A DNA stretch of 64,000 nucleotides from Thermodesulfobacteriota bacterium (GTDB lineage Bacteria; Desulfobacterota; Desulfobacteria; Desulfobacterales; C00003060). The position numbers were made by a program, and so were the translations under genes. Location: NCBI GenBank assembly GCA_034189385.1, contig JAXHVD010000010.1, positions 84,794 through 148,793 of the forward strand. The letters are read 5' to 3'. Of this stretch, positions 17,056 to 27,437 are shown piece after piece; position 1 is the stretch's first letter, and each line of letters begins with the position of its first letter. The notes under the pieces were generated by a model. It was not told where the DNA came from. It was given only the letters and a program-made list of their open reading frames with translations, and made no database searches.

Positions 17056-18786
17056 TCACGATTCCTGCAGGCGCGCCAGGTTGTCCCTGGCAAATTCAAT
17101 GGACGGATCCAGCTCGAGGGCGAGTTGATAGTGTCGAACGGCCAGTTCCGTTTTTCCCATGTCTCGATAGTTAGATGCAATGTTCGCATAATCAATGGCA
17201 GAACTGGGATCCAGATCAAGTACCTGCCGAAAACACGCAATCGCCTTTTCGTGCTCCTTTAACTTGAAGTAACAGAATCCCATGAGGTTGTAGATATCGG
17301 TCCTCTCGTCATCATAGCCCTCTGCCTTCTCCAGGACCCTGATCGCCTCCCGGTACTGACCCAAATCCTTCAAACACACTCCCATGTAAGAATAGATGCT
17401 TGCCCTATCCTCTTCCTTGGGATTCAAAGTCAGGGCCTCCTCGAAGAACTTCCAGGCCTCGGCAGGCTCGTTCATAGAAAGATGGCACGATCCCAGGAAG
17501 AATTTCACGAAGTACTTTCCAGGCATGAAGACATCCAGCCTCTGAAGTTCGTCGATTCTCTGTTCAGGGTCCCCATTTTCTGCCATGAGCTTGGCTAAAA
17601 ACATGGCCACGCTGGTCCCAGCAGCCCGTTCCCGAAAATGCGCCCCTGGTATGATGGTATAAAAGGCTGGGACTTGAAGGATGGGGTTGGTGACATTGAC
17701 CACGATGACCTCCATACCGATCTTGGACAACGTCGAGACACAGTTTTCCACCTCCACCTTCATATTGTCATGAGAAAGGTCCGGCAATTCAGAGATGCCC
17801 ACTTCCCTATCGCAACGAAGCACAAAGTCAGCTTCCTCGATGGTCCTGAACTTTGGAAGGCCGCTGGCAACATAATTGGAGCCAGTGTTGAAATCTCCGG
17901 CAAGCTGGGCAACCTCCGTCAGGGCTCGATTCAGTGCTTTCTGTGGATTCGGTGTGGTACCTGCCGTCCAGACGATCTCGCTTCTTTGGGGAAAGGTGGA
18001 TGGGTCATAAGCCAGGGCGCCCACAGTGGGGATGCCGGTGTTGAAGGAAAAGTCAGAGATAAAAAGCCGCACGCCAGCCTTTTCGTATTTGCCTATCATC
18101 TCCAGGGCCACCGGATCGCTTATTGAAGCCTTGCGAATGGCCGGAATCCCAAGCTTGTTCTGGCTGATCATGGATGAGACATGCCGCTCTATGACTTCGC
18201 ATATCCCCTGAATGAGGGCCTCTTCCACACAATTTCCGGCCGACGGGCCGTTGAACTCGTTGATGGCAAAGAACCAGTCAAAGGGAATGAGCATTTCTTC
18301 TTCTCTGGTCAGATTATAGGCCCAGGTCCATTTAAGTGGAAGCCTTGAAAAGACCTCTCGGGCCTTGTCCAGGTCGTCAGAATCATCGTGGACGGAGAGG
18401 GCAATAGCCTCAAAGGGCAGAACAGGATCTTTGATGTTTCTGTATTCTTCAACAAGGAATTTCCCGGGGTCCTTGCAGAAACTGAAAAAACTAAACCTCT
18501 CGGCCAACTCCATCACCGCACTGGCCTCTGACTGGTCAGGCGTGGCCCCTTTTCCCATCTGCTTCTCTGCTCCGATGACATCTCTCGCGTCCTTGCCGCA
18601 GATGCTAAAATAGACAGGGATGCCCAACCTGCCGTTGTCGATTCTTCTGGTACTCTTCAGGATGTCCAGATCTACTTCCCTGAGTCTTTCCTTAAACCTC
18701 AGAACGGTCTCTTCAGGGGGTATGATTTTGTCTTGGTACAAGGTGGAGCCCTTGTAAGCGTCTTTCAGAACAATCTTATTCGTCAT
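17056..18786 (-). CDS. YcaO-like protein with C-terminal TPR repeats
   Basis: QMGKG, SAVMELAER, NGPSAGN, EVIERH, RALTEVAQ ATP/Mg motifs; about four TPRs at the C-terminus. Confidence 0.9.
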   Translation of the reverse strand: MTNKIVLKDAYKGSTLYQDKIIPPEETVLRFKERLREVDLDILKSTRRIDNGRLGIPVYFSICGKDARDVIGAEKQMGKGATPDQSEASAVMELAERFSFFSFCKDPGKFLVEEYRNIKDPVLPFEAIALSVHDDSDDLDKAREVFSRLPLKWTWAYNLTREEEMLIPFDWFFAINEFNGPSAGNCVEEALIQGICEVIERHVSSMISQNKLGIPAIRKASISDPVALEMIGKYEKAGVRLFISDFSFNTGIPTVGALAYDPSTFPQRSEIVWTAGTTPNPQKALNRALTEVAQLAGDFNTGSNYVASGLPKFRTIEEADFVLRCDREVGISELPDLSHDNMKVEVENCVSTLSKIGMEVIVVNVTNPILQVPAFYTIIPGAHFRERAAGTSVAMFLAKLMAENGDPEQRIDELQRLDVFMPGKYFVKFFLGSCHLSMNEPAEAWKFFEEALTLNPKEEDRASIYSYMGVCLKDLGQYREAIRVLEKAEGYDDERTDIYNLMGFCYFKLKEHEKAIACFRQVLDLDPSSAIDYANIASNYRDMGKTELAVRHYQLALELDPSIEFARDNLARLQES

Positions 18787-19630
18787 CCATCTCCTCTCCT
18801 TTTGTCGCCGTCCCCAGGACGCGATTCATGGACCCGGAGACATAACCTTCCATGTCCAGCGTCACATGAACGAAACCTATGTCCCTGAACCTCTTTAGAA
18901 TCGCTTCTCTAGGGCCATTGCCCATGATCATGGAAAGATCCGACCTTTCCACCTCTATCCTGGCCACAGCGCCATGGTGCCTTACTCGGCATTGTCTGAC
19001 ACCTCTCTCCAGAAGAAACCCCTCGGCCTCATCTACCATCTGCAACTTCTTGGCAGTAATGGGGCTCCCATAGGGTATCCTCGAAGCAAGACAGACCGTG
19101 GCTGGTTTGTTCCACGAGGAAAGGCCCATTGCTTTTGAAAGATGCCGGATTTCGAGCTTTTTCAGATCCACATCTATCAAAGGGGAGAGAATACCCATCT
19201 CGCCGGCAGCTTGCTGCCCTGGCCTGTAATCTCTAAGGTCATCCACATTGGCTCCGTGGGCTACATACCTTATTCCTCGCGCTTTAGCCACGGCCATGAA
19301 CTCTTTGAAAAGAGATTTCTTGCAGTGGTAGCACCTGTCTGGCTTATTTGTTACAAAGCCAGGGACCCCCATTACTTCCCACGGAAGAAGAATGTGGTCA
19401 ATACCGCTCCTTCGGGTAAATCCTTCCGCCAGTTCCTTCTCGCGGACCGGAAATATTTCCGAAATCCCGGTTGCTGCCACCACTTTCCCGCCAAGGGCCT
19501 CATGGGCCAGGGCCAAGAGCAAGGTGCTGTCCACACCGCCGGAATAGGCAACCAGCAGGGACCTTGTATCTCGAAGCAGGCGAAGGAGGTGTTCTTTCTT
19601 CTCTATTACCTCTTTATCCTCTACATTCAT
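18776..19630 (-). CDS. larE: ATP-dependent sulfur transferase LarE (TIGR00268)
   Basis: AYSGGVDS PP-loop, RCYHCK, DDLRDYRPG, CLASRIPYG, RVRHHG, GYVSGSMN; ATG at 19630. Confidence 0.88.
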   Translation of the reverse strand: MNVEDKEVIEKKEHLLRLLRDTRSLLVAYSGGVDSTLLLALAHEALGGKVVAATGISEIFPVREKELAEGFTRRSGIDHILLPWEVMGVPGFVTNKPDRCYHCKKSLFKEFMAVAKARGIRYVAHGANVDDLRDYRPGQQAAGEMGILSPLIDVDLKKLEIRHLSKAMGLSSWNKPATVCLASRIPYGSPITAKKLQMVDEAEGFLLERGVRQCRVRHHGAVARIEVERSDLSMIMGNGPREAILKRFRDIGFVHVTLDMEGYVSGSMNRVLGTATKGEEMDDE

Positions 19631-19810
19631 CTCACCCTGCTGCAATAACTGCAATAAAGGTTCATTATGGAAAATCAAGACTTCACCAGGAAGCCACAGA
19701 CAAGGGAAGGAAGGCTCGACTTGCGGCCAGGAGACGACACGGCGGATTACCAGAAAAAAGAAGGCAGCTGGTACATCCACCAACTACCTCGGACAGAGAC
19801 AATGGACCAT

Positions 19811-20290
19811 CTACTGCAAGACGAACCAAGGTTCCGGCACTTGGTAATCAGGCATGTTTGAATGATAATGAAGTACTGCATTGAACTTGTCAATAACACC
19901 GGAGGCAGAGGCTTCCTGCCTGTAAGTCACCGTAGAGAAAAGGTTCGGTATCACTGACTCGTGATTCTGCTGCACACGATCTAGGAATTGGTTAAAGGAA
20001 CCACCCCCCTGCTGTATGGTGGCAATCATGACGACACTCACGTCACCAATGCCCGATGTTGAATTGCTGTGATCAAGGGATGGTGCTGCCGTTGCGGTGA
20101 CTCCTGAACTTGTGTGGGACGACATCCACTTCGAGGAGCGACTCAAGGTCCCCGCAACCACAGATCCATTCGATGCTGTCACAATAGGACCCTGTGCCCA
20201 AGCGCACCCGGTGAAACCTGCCGCGGCAAATCCCCATAAAGCAACCACCGATAAGGCCATCATGGTCAGCATTTTCGTCCTTGTATGCAT
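19811..20290 (-). CDS. exported hypothetical protein
   Basis: GGAGG RBS; N-terminal signal peptide (MHTRTKMLTMMALSVVALW...AWA-Q); Ser/Thr-rich. Confidence 0.65.
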   Translation of the reverse strand: MHTRTKMLTMMALSVVALWGFAAAGFTGCAWAQGPIVTASNGSVVAGTLSRSSKWMSSHTSSGVTATAAPSLDHSNSTSGIGDVSVVMIATIQQGGGSFNQFLDRVQQNHESVIPNLFSTVTYRQEASASGVIDKFNAVLHYHSNMPDYQVPEPWFVLQ

Positions 20291-20831
20291 GGTCTTACCT
20301 CCATTCTTGTCCATGTCAGAGCCTGAAAGACTTTGGTCCCACGGCCCTTCTAGACCGACTTTCCACCCCTCTGTCAAACAGGGTAGAACAATCAATACCC
20401 AAACTGCAGGAAAAGTCAAGCTCGACGGTCTTGCGAGGGATCTAAAGCCCCTGTTTCAGGTTGCGCAGACGAACCTTGCATTAAAGCACACGGCAGGCAC
20501 CTGGATATGGCAATGTCAGTGAGTTGAGCTGCTAATGGAGCCGGTGTGGAACCTCTAACGTGGGAAAATCCTACGGAATAAACAAAACATGAAGACTAAT
20601 GGCTTCCCAAGATGCCGTTTTCATCCCGATGCCTATCTTTCACACCCCTGTATTAGTGTAGAAGACGCCCGGTAGAAGAGATGCACGCACATCCGAGAAG
20701 CCATTCAGGTGCCAACCTCGAAATTTCCTTTGTGAGCATAACCCTTGGAGGGCTTTGGCCGTCACATGGTTTGTTTGTTCGGTAAGGAATTCGGGTGGCA
20801 TCTTCTCCTATCATCACCTCTGTTCAACCAT

Positions 20832-21059
20832 CTACCAAAGAACAGGTCCTTGGGAGGGACAGGATGAGGTTGTGCGCTTCACCAACCTGCAGATCCCCAC
20901 AGCAAGGACGGTGCACCAGGCAAGGCCCTTATAAATCAGCATTTCGTAACACTTGCACATCCCCATGGACATCTTCTTGTTCAAGCCCTTCTCTACTAAG
21001 CGACAATACAGATGAAGGGGATTGCACCGGTGCTGAATCTCTAAGATTTTATCAACCAA
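20832..21059 (-). CDS. small hypothetical protein (QHRCNPLHLYCRL motif)
   Basis: AAGGAG RBS before a TTG start; hydrophobic C-terminal segment. Confidence 0.5.
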   Translation of the reverse strand: MVDKILEIQHRCNPLHLYCRLVEKGLNKKMSMGMCKCYEMLIYKGLAWCTVLAVGICRLVKRTTSSCPSQGPVLW

Positions 21060-21567
21060 TCTGTGGCTCCTTTGCTGGTTGGCCTTTCAAAAATCTGGGC
21101 CTTGCATCTGATGGCTCAGTATGGCGAATAGTTTAGCAAGTACCATGCCAGCCTGCAGCAACAATGATATCTTCACATTTTCAGGTTGTTATCTACACCT
21201 CAGGCAAAGGCATCTCTGGAGGATAGGCATTTTCACTGGAAAAGTGGCGAAAATGCCGGATGTGGACGTCTCCAGGGAGAGTCTGTGTCTCATGGATGGT
21301 CCCCAAGGGCCTGTTGGAGGGTCTGTGTGGGCAGGTCCCACCGCACACATGTTCTGGAAAATGTGGCATAAGGCTTTAGAATCGATTGACAAAAACTCAG
21401 AGTACTGATAAGGCTGGCCTAACTTCAATGCCCTGTGTCGAGTCCTTTCTTTTTTGAGTCACACGAAGGGATAACCCCAGATCAGGGCGGTTTGGCGGAA
21501 CAGAGCGTTCCACTGCCAGGGCAGGTGCACACCATTCAAGGATACAAGAAGAGGAGGTTTTTTTCAG

Positions 21568-21669
21568 ATGGAACAATCATGGGATTGGAAACGACTACTT
21601 TCCTTTTGTATAGTTTGTGGCGTGGTAGGCCTCATCATAGTGGTAGTCTTTGCAACGATGCTTCTTTGA
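21568..21669 (+). CDS. 33-aa single-TM small protein (missing from the ORF track)
   Basis: MEQSWDWKRLLSFCIVCGVVGLIIVVVFATMLL; GAGGAGG RBS upstream. Confidence 0.5.
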   Translation: MEQSWDWKRLLSFCIVCGVVGLIIVVVFATMLL

Positions 21670-22106
21670 GGCATCTGCCCGGCCCATTTGTTTGTCCTGG
21701 CAACTGCTGACATAGCCTAGGCCAGGAGGACAAATGGAGGGGCTGTTGCACTCGGAAGGATATGACCTTTTGCAGGCAGGATGAGCCTTTCTTCTATGGT
21801 CCCCGCCTTGCAGCATCCCCTCATGGTGCAGGTGCTGTTGGCTCCCGTTGTGTTATCCAGACACAAGGGATAGGGGGGCAAGTTTCAGGCTAACCCTAGC
21901 CTTCTACCTGGCCAGTGCCGCAATTTTTTCCCTTCCGTTTCTGCGAATGCCTCTCATCCCACGTTACCTGGTGGACCGCTATCAACATGCTTTACCGCCA
22001 CTTCTGTTGGATTAACGGCGCTATCTGCTGAACACTCTTGACGTTTCTAGAGAACAGCTCCAAAGAGAATCCCATCCCATTTTTTTGTTTCTATGACGGT
22101 CTACTC

Positions 22107-22379
22107 ATGGCCCACAAGCCAGCCTATGAACAACTGGGACAACAGGTCAAGGAGCTGGAGAAAGTTCACAACAAATGAGAGATGCGTGTTGAGCAACGGA
22201 CCGCCCAACTACTGGAGATAGACCCTGCGGTCAAGGCGATTGTTTGAAGCCGTTATCACGGCGATCCGGTCATGAGAGAGTGGCTATAACATGGCTTTAA
22301 AGGGGTCATGTTCAAACCCTACTTGAAAGAAGACCTAAAAGTGACCCTGCGTAGAGTGTTGGGACAAAGAAAAACCTAG
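22107..22379 (+). pseudogene. internally deleted hybrid sensor kinase/response regulator remnant
   Basis: one frame reads MAHKPAYEQLGQQVKELEK..*EMRVEQRTAQLLEIDPAVKAIV*SRYHGDPVMREWL*HGFKGVMFKPYLKEDLKVTLRRVL, with 3 internal stops; the tail matches the C-terminus of 34341..36446. Confidence 0.75.
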
Positions 22380-22610
22380 CAGACTTGATTTTCCCGTCAG
22401 ATTTCTGTATCCTAACCCCAAGTGCAAGGAACTCCCCACCAATATCCAACCCTTGATGAACTGCGCTGAACACGGGAAACAACTTTAGACTGGCTGCAGA
22501 CGGCCCCTGACAGGGCGTTACGTTGCGCCATGAGTTCAAAGGACAATCTTCTCTTCCCTGCGGCAACAGGAGATGCGTTTCTGACCTGTAACCTTTTCGG
22601 GCTATCTGAC

Positions 22611-22943
22611 ATGGCAAAAAGGGACAAGAGAACGCGAGAGAGATACAGTCTGAGGCTCCCTGTGCAGGTAACATGGGAAGATGCCTTTGGAAACGCCCAT
22701 GGAGAGACAACAACCACACTGGATATTAATGTTTCAGGATGCTTTATCGTGTGCCATCATCTTATTCAGAAGGGTCGCCGGATCTCTGTTGAGATTGACC
22801 TTTCCATTGCAGAGGCAGGGATCTTCGCAAAGCGTGTCTCTGCCCAGGGAAGAGTGGTGAGAAACGTGCCCGTAGCCGCTAATCCTGGAGGAGGTTTTGG
22901 ACATGGAGTGAGATTTGACAGGTTCCGTTTCTCGAAGCAGTGA
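22611..22943 (+). CDS. PilZ domain protein (c-di-GMP binding)
   Basis: RTRER (RxxxR) and DINVSG (variant of D/NxSxxG); GRVVR, GHGVRF. Confidence 0.8.
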   Translation: MAKRDKRTRERYSLRLPVQVTWEDAFGNAHGETTTTLDINVSGCFIVCHHLIQKGRRISVEIDLSIAEAGIFAKRVSAQGRVVRNVPVAANPGGGFGHGVRFDRFRFSKQ

Positions 22944-23339
22944 CGCCCGAACTTGACGTGACAGACACAAATGGAGCCTGCGGAATGAATGAAGTGCTCA
23001 GGAGGAGCCACCAAGAACAGACATCGGTCATGACCTTGTTGGATCGGTTACAGGTGAAATCTTCAAGAAGCCAAGGACGCAGATTTGCCATCGAGCAGAC
23101 CTACAATCTGTCATGAGTCAATAGATTCAGCCATCTCATGTTATAGCGACTGGCAGACCAAGTGTCTGCGTTGCTCGTTGACATGCCTCAGTGGCCTCCC
23201 AGACAACTCGTGGAGGTCCAGTTGAAGATCCAGCAGGCAGGAGACAGACCGCTGCCCTTTGGTCGCGTTTTTGGAATCCTGGCACCGGACATCTGTCATT
23301 CACAAGAGGAAAGCCTGGTAATGAAGGGCTAGGGTTCAC

Positions 23340-25427
23340 ATGTTTGAACAGTCAAAGACCCTTAATGTCGCCATCGTTGGTGGCGGTCCTGGATGCAAGG
23401 CCATTATCGACATGGTATTGGCTGAAAAGCTGAAGCACCTTCAGATGGTGCTCATTGGCGTCGCCTCTAAAAGCCCCGAGGCAGAGGGGTATCGCTTTGC
23501 CCAAGAGCACGGTATTTATACCACGAATGACTACCGGGATCTCTACAGGCTTGAAGGTCTTAACCTCATCATAGAGCTGACCGGTCGACAGGAAGTGGCA
23601 AATGAAATCGCTACGACCAAACCAGATCACATCCGATTGATGGACCATGTCGCCGCTCGTCTCTTCTGGGACGTATTTCAGACGGAAGAAGAGATCCTTT
23701 CAGAGCGCAATCACGCAGAAGAGGCCTTACGAAAATCAGAGGAGAAATACAGTACCCTCGTGGAGAACTCGCTCACCGGAATCTACATCGACCAGGATGG
23801 GAAAATCGTATTTGCCAACCACAGATTCGCACACATCTACGGGTATCATAAAGACGATCTGATCGGAACGGAATCTCGAAACCTGGTCCACCCTGAGGAC
23901 AGGGACTTAACGAACCAAATAAGGGAAAAGAGGCTCAAGGGCGAAGAGGCCCCAGAAGAATATGAGGCAAAGGGTCTCACCAAAGACGGCAGGACTATAT
24001 GGATTGCCAGGAGAAACGCGCGGATCATGTACCACGGTAGACCTGCCATCCTGGGCAACATAGCGGACATCACCGAACAGATGCGTGTTGAGGAGGCTTT
24101 GAGAGAAACCATCCTCCGTGTGCAGGTCGCTCACGAGCAGGCCCTCATCTATGCTGAGCAACTCAAGGAACAAATCGCTGAACGCAAACACGCAGAGAAC
24201 GCGTTGAAGGAAAGCCAGGAAAAGTACTATACGGTCCTCGAAGCGTGTCCGGACCCCGTTGTTGTCTATGATATGGAGGGCAAGGGCGTCTATATCAACC
24301 CCGCTTTCACCCGAGTTTTCGGCTGGACCCCAGGAGAGGTTTTGGGAATGAAAATGGATTATGTCCCTAAAGAAAACTGGCCAGAGACCCAGATGATGAT
24401 TGACAAAGTGCTTCTGGGTGAAAGCTTTTCTGGTATTGAAAGCCGCAGACACACCAAAGAGGGTAAAATTATTGACGTCAGCATCAGTGCTGCCATCTAT
24501 TCGAATACTGATGGGGCATCGGTGGGCAGTGTTCACATTTTGCGAGACGTCACGGAGCGCAAGCGGGTCGAAGAGGCCTTGCAAAAGGCCCACGATGAAC
24601 TGGAACTCCGCGTAGAAGAACGCACCGCCGAACTGGCGGCCACAACAAAGCAGTTGAAACTCCAACTCTCTCAGCGTCAGCGGGCGGAGGAGGCCCTGAA
24701 TGCTGCCCACAGGGCCCTTGAAAGGAAGGCCACCGCGCTGGAGGCAGCTAACGAAGAGCTTTCCGAGTATGCCTACGTGGTCTCCCATGATCTGAAAGCG
24801 CCCCTTCGGGCCATCCGAAACTACGCAGACTTCCTTTACGAAGACCTCGAAGAGCGCTTGGACGGGGACCAGAAAAATTACATCAATGGTCTCAAACGGG
24901 CAGTTCGCCAAGGGGAGATCCTGGTGGAAGACATGTTGGAATACTCCAGGGTTGGAAAACAGGGCGTGCCGTCTCAGGCCGTAGACATTGGCGTGTTTCT
25001 CCAAGAATTGGTAACCACCCTTGCCTTGCCCCCAGATGTGGAGGTGGTGATGGGTGATGACTGGCCCACCATCGAGACGGACCCGACCCTTCTCACGCAG
25101 ATCTTTCAGGATCTCATCAGAAACGCGGTCAAATTCAATCACGCGACATGTAAACGGATTGAGCTCGGGTGGCTTCCCGCAGACGGTGAGGGCTGTGAGC
25201 TCTTTGTGCGTGACAACGGTATCGGGATCGCTCCCCGCCACCAAGAGCAAATTTTTCGTATGTTCCATCGCCTCCATACGCGCAAAGAGTATAGCGGCAC
25301 TGGTTTGGGTCTGGCCATTGTCAAGAAAGCGGCAGGTAGACTCCATGGGGCCGTCCGCGTGGAATCAATATCCGGAAAAGGGAGTACCTTCTTCATCTCC
25401 CTTCCTCACGCACATAAGGAGACATAA
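23340..25427 (+). CDS. PAS-PAS sensor histidine kinase with N-terminal Rossmann-like domain
   Basis: VAIVGGGPGC N-terminus; two PAS domains; VSHDLKAP H-box; RNAVKF, DNGIGI, GTGLGL. Confidence 0.9.
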   Translation: MFEQSKTLNVAIVGGGPGCKAIIDMVLAEKLKHLQMVLIGVASKSPEAEGYRFAQEHGIYTTNDYRDLYRLEGLNLIIELTGRQEVANEIATTKPDHIRLMDHVAARLFWDVFQTEEEILSERNHAEEALRKSEEKYSTLVENSLTGIYIDQDGKIVFANHRFAHIYGYHKDDLIGTESRNLVHPEDRDLTNQIREKRLKGEEAPEEYEAKGLTKDGRTIWIARRNARIMYHGRPAILGNIADITEQMRVEEALRETILRVQVAHEQALIYAEQLKEQIAERKHAENALKESQEKYYTVLEACPDPVVVYDMEGKGVYINPAFTRVFGWTPGEVLGMKMDYVPKENWPETQMMIDKVLLGESFSGIESRRHTKEGKIIDVSISAAIYSNTDGASVGSVHILRDVTERKRVEEALQKAHDELELRVEERTAELAATTKQLKLQLSQRQRAEEALNAAHRALERKATALEAANEELSEYAYVVSHDLKAPLRAIRNYADFLYEDLEERLDGDQKNYINGLKRAVRQGEILVEDMLEYSRVGKQGVPSQAVDIGVFLQELVTTLALPPDVEVVMGDDWPTIETDPTLLTQIFQDLIRNAVKFNHATCKRIELGWLPADGEGCELFVRDNGIGIAPRHQEQIFRMFHRLHTRKEYSGTGLGLAIVKKAAGRLHGAVRVESISGKGSTFFISLPHAHKET

Positions 25428-25429
25428 AA

Positions 25430-25879
25430 ATGGAAAGGGAGCCAAAAGAGCCCTTTGTGATCCTCATGGCAGAAGATGATGAGCACGACGTTTTAGCCAC
25501 AAGACGGGCGTGGAAAACCCATCATATCGCTAACCCGCTTTACATCGTCAGCAACGGAGAGGAATGCCTGGATTTCCTAAAGCAAAGAGGCGCATACAGT
25601 GAACCCGGGGCCGCCCCTCGGCCTGGGCTCCTTCTTCTCGACCTTAAAATGCCTAAAATGGACGGGCTCACTCTGCTGAAGCACATTAGGGAAGATAAGG
25701 AGTTGTTTCGGCTTCCGGTAGTCATCCTTACCTCCTCAAAGGCCGAAGAGGATCGACTGAGAAGCTATGATCTAGGAGTCAATGCCTACATTGTCAAACC
25801 AGTGGGGTTTGAAAGGTTCTCCACGGCAGTAAGAACCATCAATCTCTTCTGGCAATTGGTAGAACTCCCACATCCATGA
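25430..25879 (+). CDS. single-domain response regulator (Rcp1-like)
   Basis: AEDD, LLDLKMP, LTSS, YIVKP, FW motif. Confidence 0.92.
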   Translation: MEREPKEPFVILMAEDDEHDVLATRRAWKTHHIANPLYIVSNGEECLDFLKQRGAYSEPGAAPRPGLLLLDLKMPKMDGLTLLKHIREDKELFRLPVVILTSSKAEEDRLRSYDLGVNAYIVKPVGFERFSTAVRTINLFWQLVELPHP

Positions 25880-25892
25880 GGTTAGAAAGCCT

Positions 25893-27392
25893 ATGAAAAG
25901 ACCAACGACTCTTCGTATCCTCCTGGTTGAAGACAATGAACACGACAGATTGGCCTTCCGACGGGCCCTGCGCAGAAGTCAGGTGTCCTGTGAAATCACG
26001 GAATGCGTGCGGGCCGAAGAGGCCATGGAACGACTTCGCGCCGCCCCCTCTTCCTTCAGCCTTGTGGTAGTCGACCATAATTTGCCGGGGATGACAGGAC
26101 TAGACCTTTGCAGAGACCTCCTCGACAAGAAGCTCCCCTTACCTTTGGTACTGCTCACGGGAAGAGGGTCGGAAGAACTCGCTGTCTCGGCCCTGAAGGC
26201 TGGAGTGGATGACTATATCGTGAAGGACCCCCAAGATGGCTATCTGGATCTCCTGCCCATCGTAGTGCCTCAGACAGTTGAAAAGTACGAAGACCGCGTA
26301 GCTCGCAAAAGGGCTGAGGAGGCGTTGCGGGAGAGTGAAGAACGGTTTCGCAACATCGTTGAAGGGAGTCAAGCCGGCTATTGTTTTATCGATAAAAGTG
26401 GCCGCTTCCAAGATTGTAATGACGCCTGGTTGCGGATGCACGGTTACGCCTCACGCGACGAGGTGGTGGGACAACATTTTACGCTGACACAGGCCGAGGC
26501 CAACAAAGAGCAGGCTGAGAGGAACTTTAAAAATCTCCTTGAGGGAGAACCGATTCCCTCCGGTGAATCTATCAGTCGATGCAAAGATGGATGCATCGCT
26601 TACCACACCTTTTCTGCCAATCCCGTTGTTAAGGGTGGTGAGGTGGTGGGCGCAGAGCTGTTTTTCATAGACATCTCCAAGCGGAAGCAAGCAGAGGAAA
26701 AACTTCGGAACATCAATGAAGAGCTTAAGAGCTTTTCCCATATTGTCTCCCACGACCTGAAAACCCCCATTGTTTTCATCCTGGGGTTTTCTTCGTTCCT
26801 TCTCGAAGGCTATGGAGATAAAATGGACGAAAAGGGCAGGACGTGTCTGGAAAGGATCCAGGCAAACGCCAATCGCATGGAGGCACTCATCTCAGACCTG
26901 CTGGCACTGTCAAGGATTGGTAAGGTCGTTTCCACCTTTGAAGAGGTTTCTTTCTCTGAGATAGTAGAAAACGTATTATCAAATCTCCAGGATAGGCTGA
27001 ACGAGACTGGAGTAGAGGTGATCCTGGAAGACTACTTTCCTTCTGTATACTGCGACGGCGAAAGGATCTATCAGGTCCTCGACAACCTGCTCGTCAATGC
27101 CATCAAATTTCGAGACCGCACCAGGAGCCCCAAGATCCAGATTGGCCATGAAGACAAGGCAGAGTTTCATCAATTCTTTGTGAGGGACAACGGGATAGGG
27201 ATTGATGCCAAGCATCACGTAAGAGTATTTGAACGGTTCCATCGGCTGGAAGAAACCAACGACGTGGAGGGAACAGGTCTGGGTCTTTCAATCGTGGAGA
27301 GGATTGTCAACAACCATGGTGGGAAGATCTGGGTGGAATCTGAGCGCGGGGAGGGATCGACCTTTTATTTCACCATTCCCTCTGGGGGGTGA
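25893..27392 (+). CDS. hybrid REC-PAS histidine kinase
   Basis: VEDN/VDHNLP receiver; PAS; VSHDLKTP; NAIKF; GTGLGL. Confidence 0.9.
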   Translation: MKRPTTLRILLVEDNEHDRLAFRRALRRSQVSCEITECVRAEEAMERLRAAPSSFSLVVVDHNLPGMTGLDLCRDLLDKKLPLPLVLLTGRGSEELAVSALKAGVDDYIVKDPQDGYLDLLPIVVPQTVEKYEDRVARKRAEEALRESEERFRNIVEGSQAGYCFIDKSGRFQDCNDAWLRMHGYASRDEVVGQHFTLTQAEANKEQAERNFKNLLEGEPIPSGESISRCKDGCIAYHTFSANPVVKGGEVVGAELFFIDISKRKQAEEKLRNINEELKSFSHIVSHDLKTPIVFILGFSSFLLEGYGDKMDEKGRTCLERIQANANRMEALISDLLALSRIGKVVSTFEEVSFSEIVENVLSNLQDRLNETGVEVILEDYFPSVYCDGERIYQVLDNLLVNAIKFRDRTRSPKIQIGHEDKAEFHQFFVRDNGIGIDAKHHVRVFERFHRLEETNDVEGTGLGLSIVERIVNNHGGKIWVESERGEGSTFYFTIPSGG

Positions 27393-27437
27393 CCGGGGTT
27401 CGGCGGGTCCACAGAACACAGGACTCCAAGGGCCAGA

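Noticed and set aside
20698..20715. sigma54-like TGGCAC-N5-TGGCT site on the minus strand
   Set aside because: The -12 element mismatches, the site is ~400 bp from the next gene, and a match this short can occur by chance
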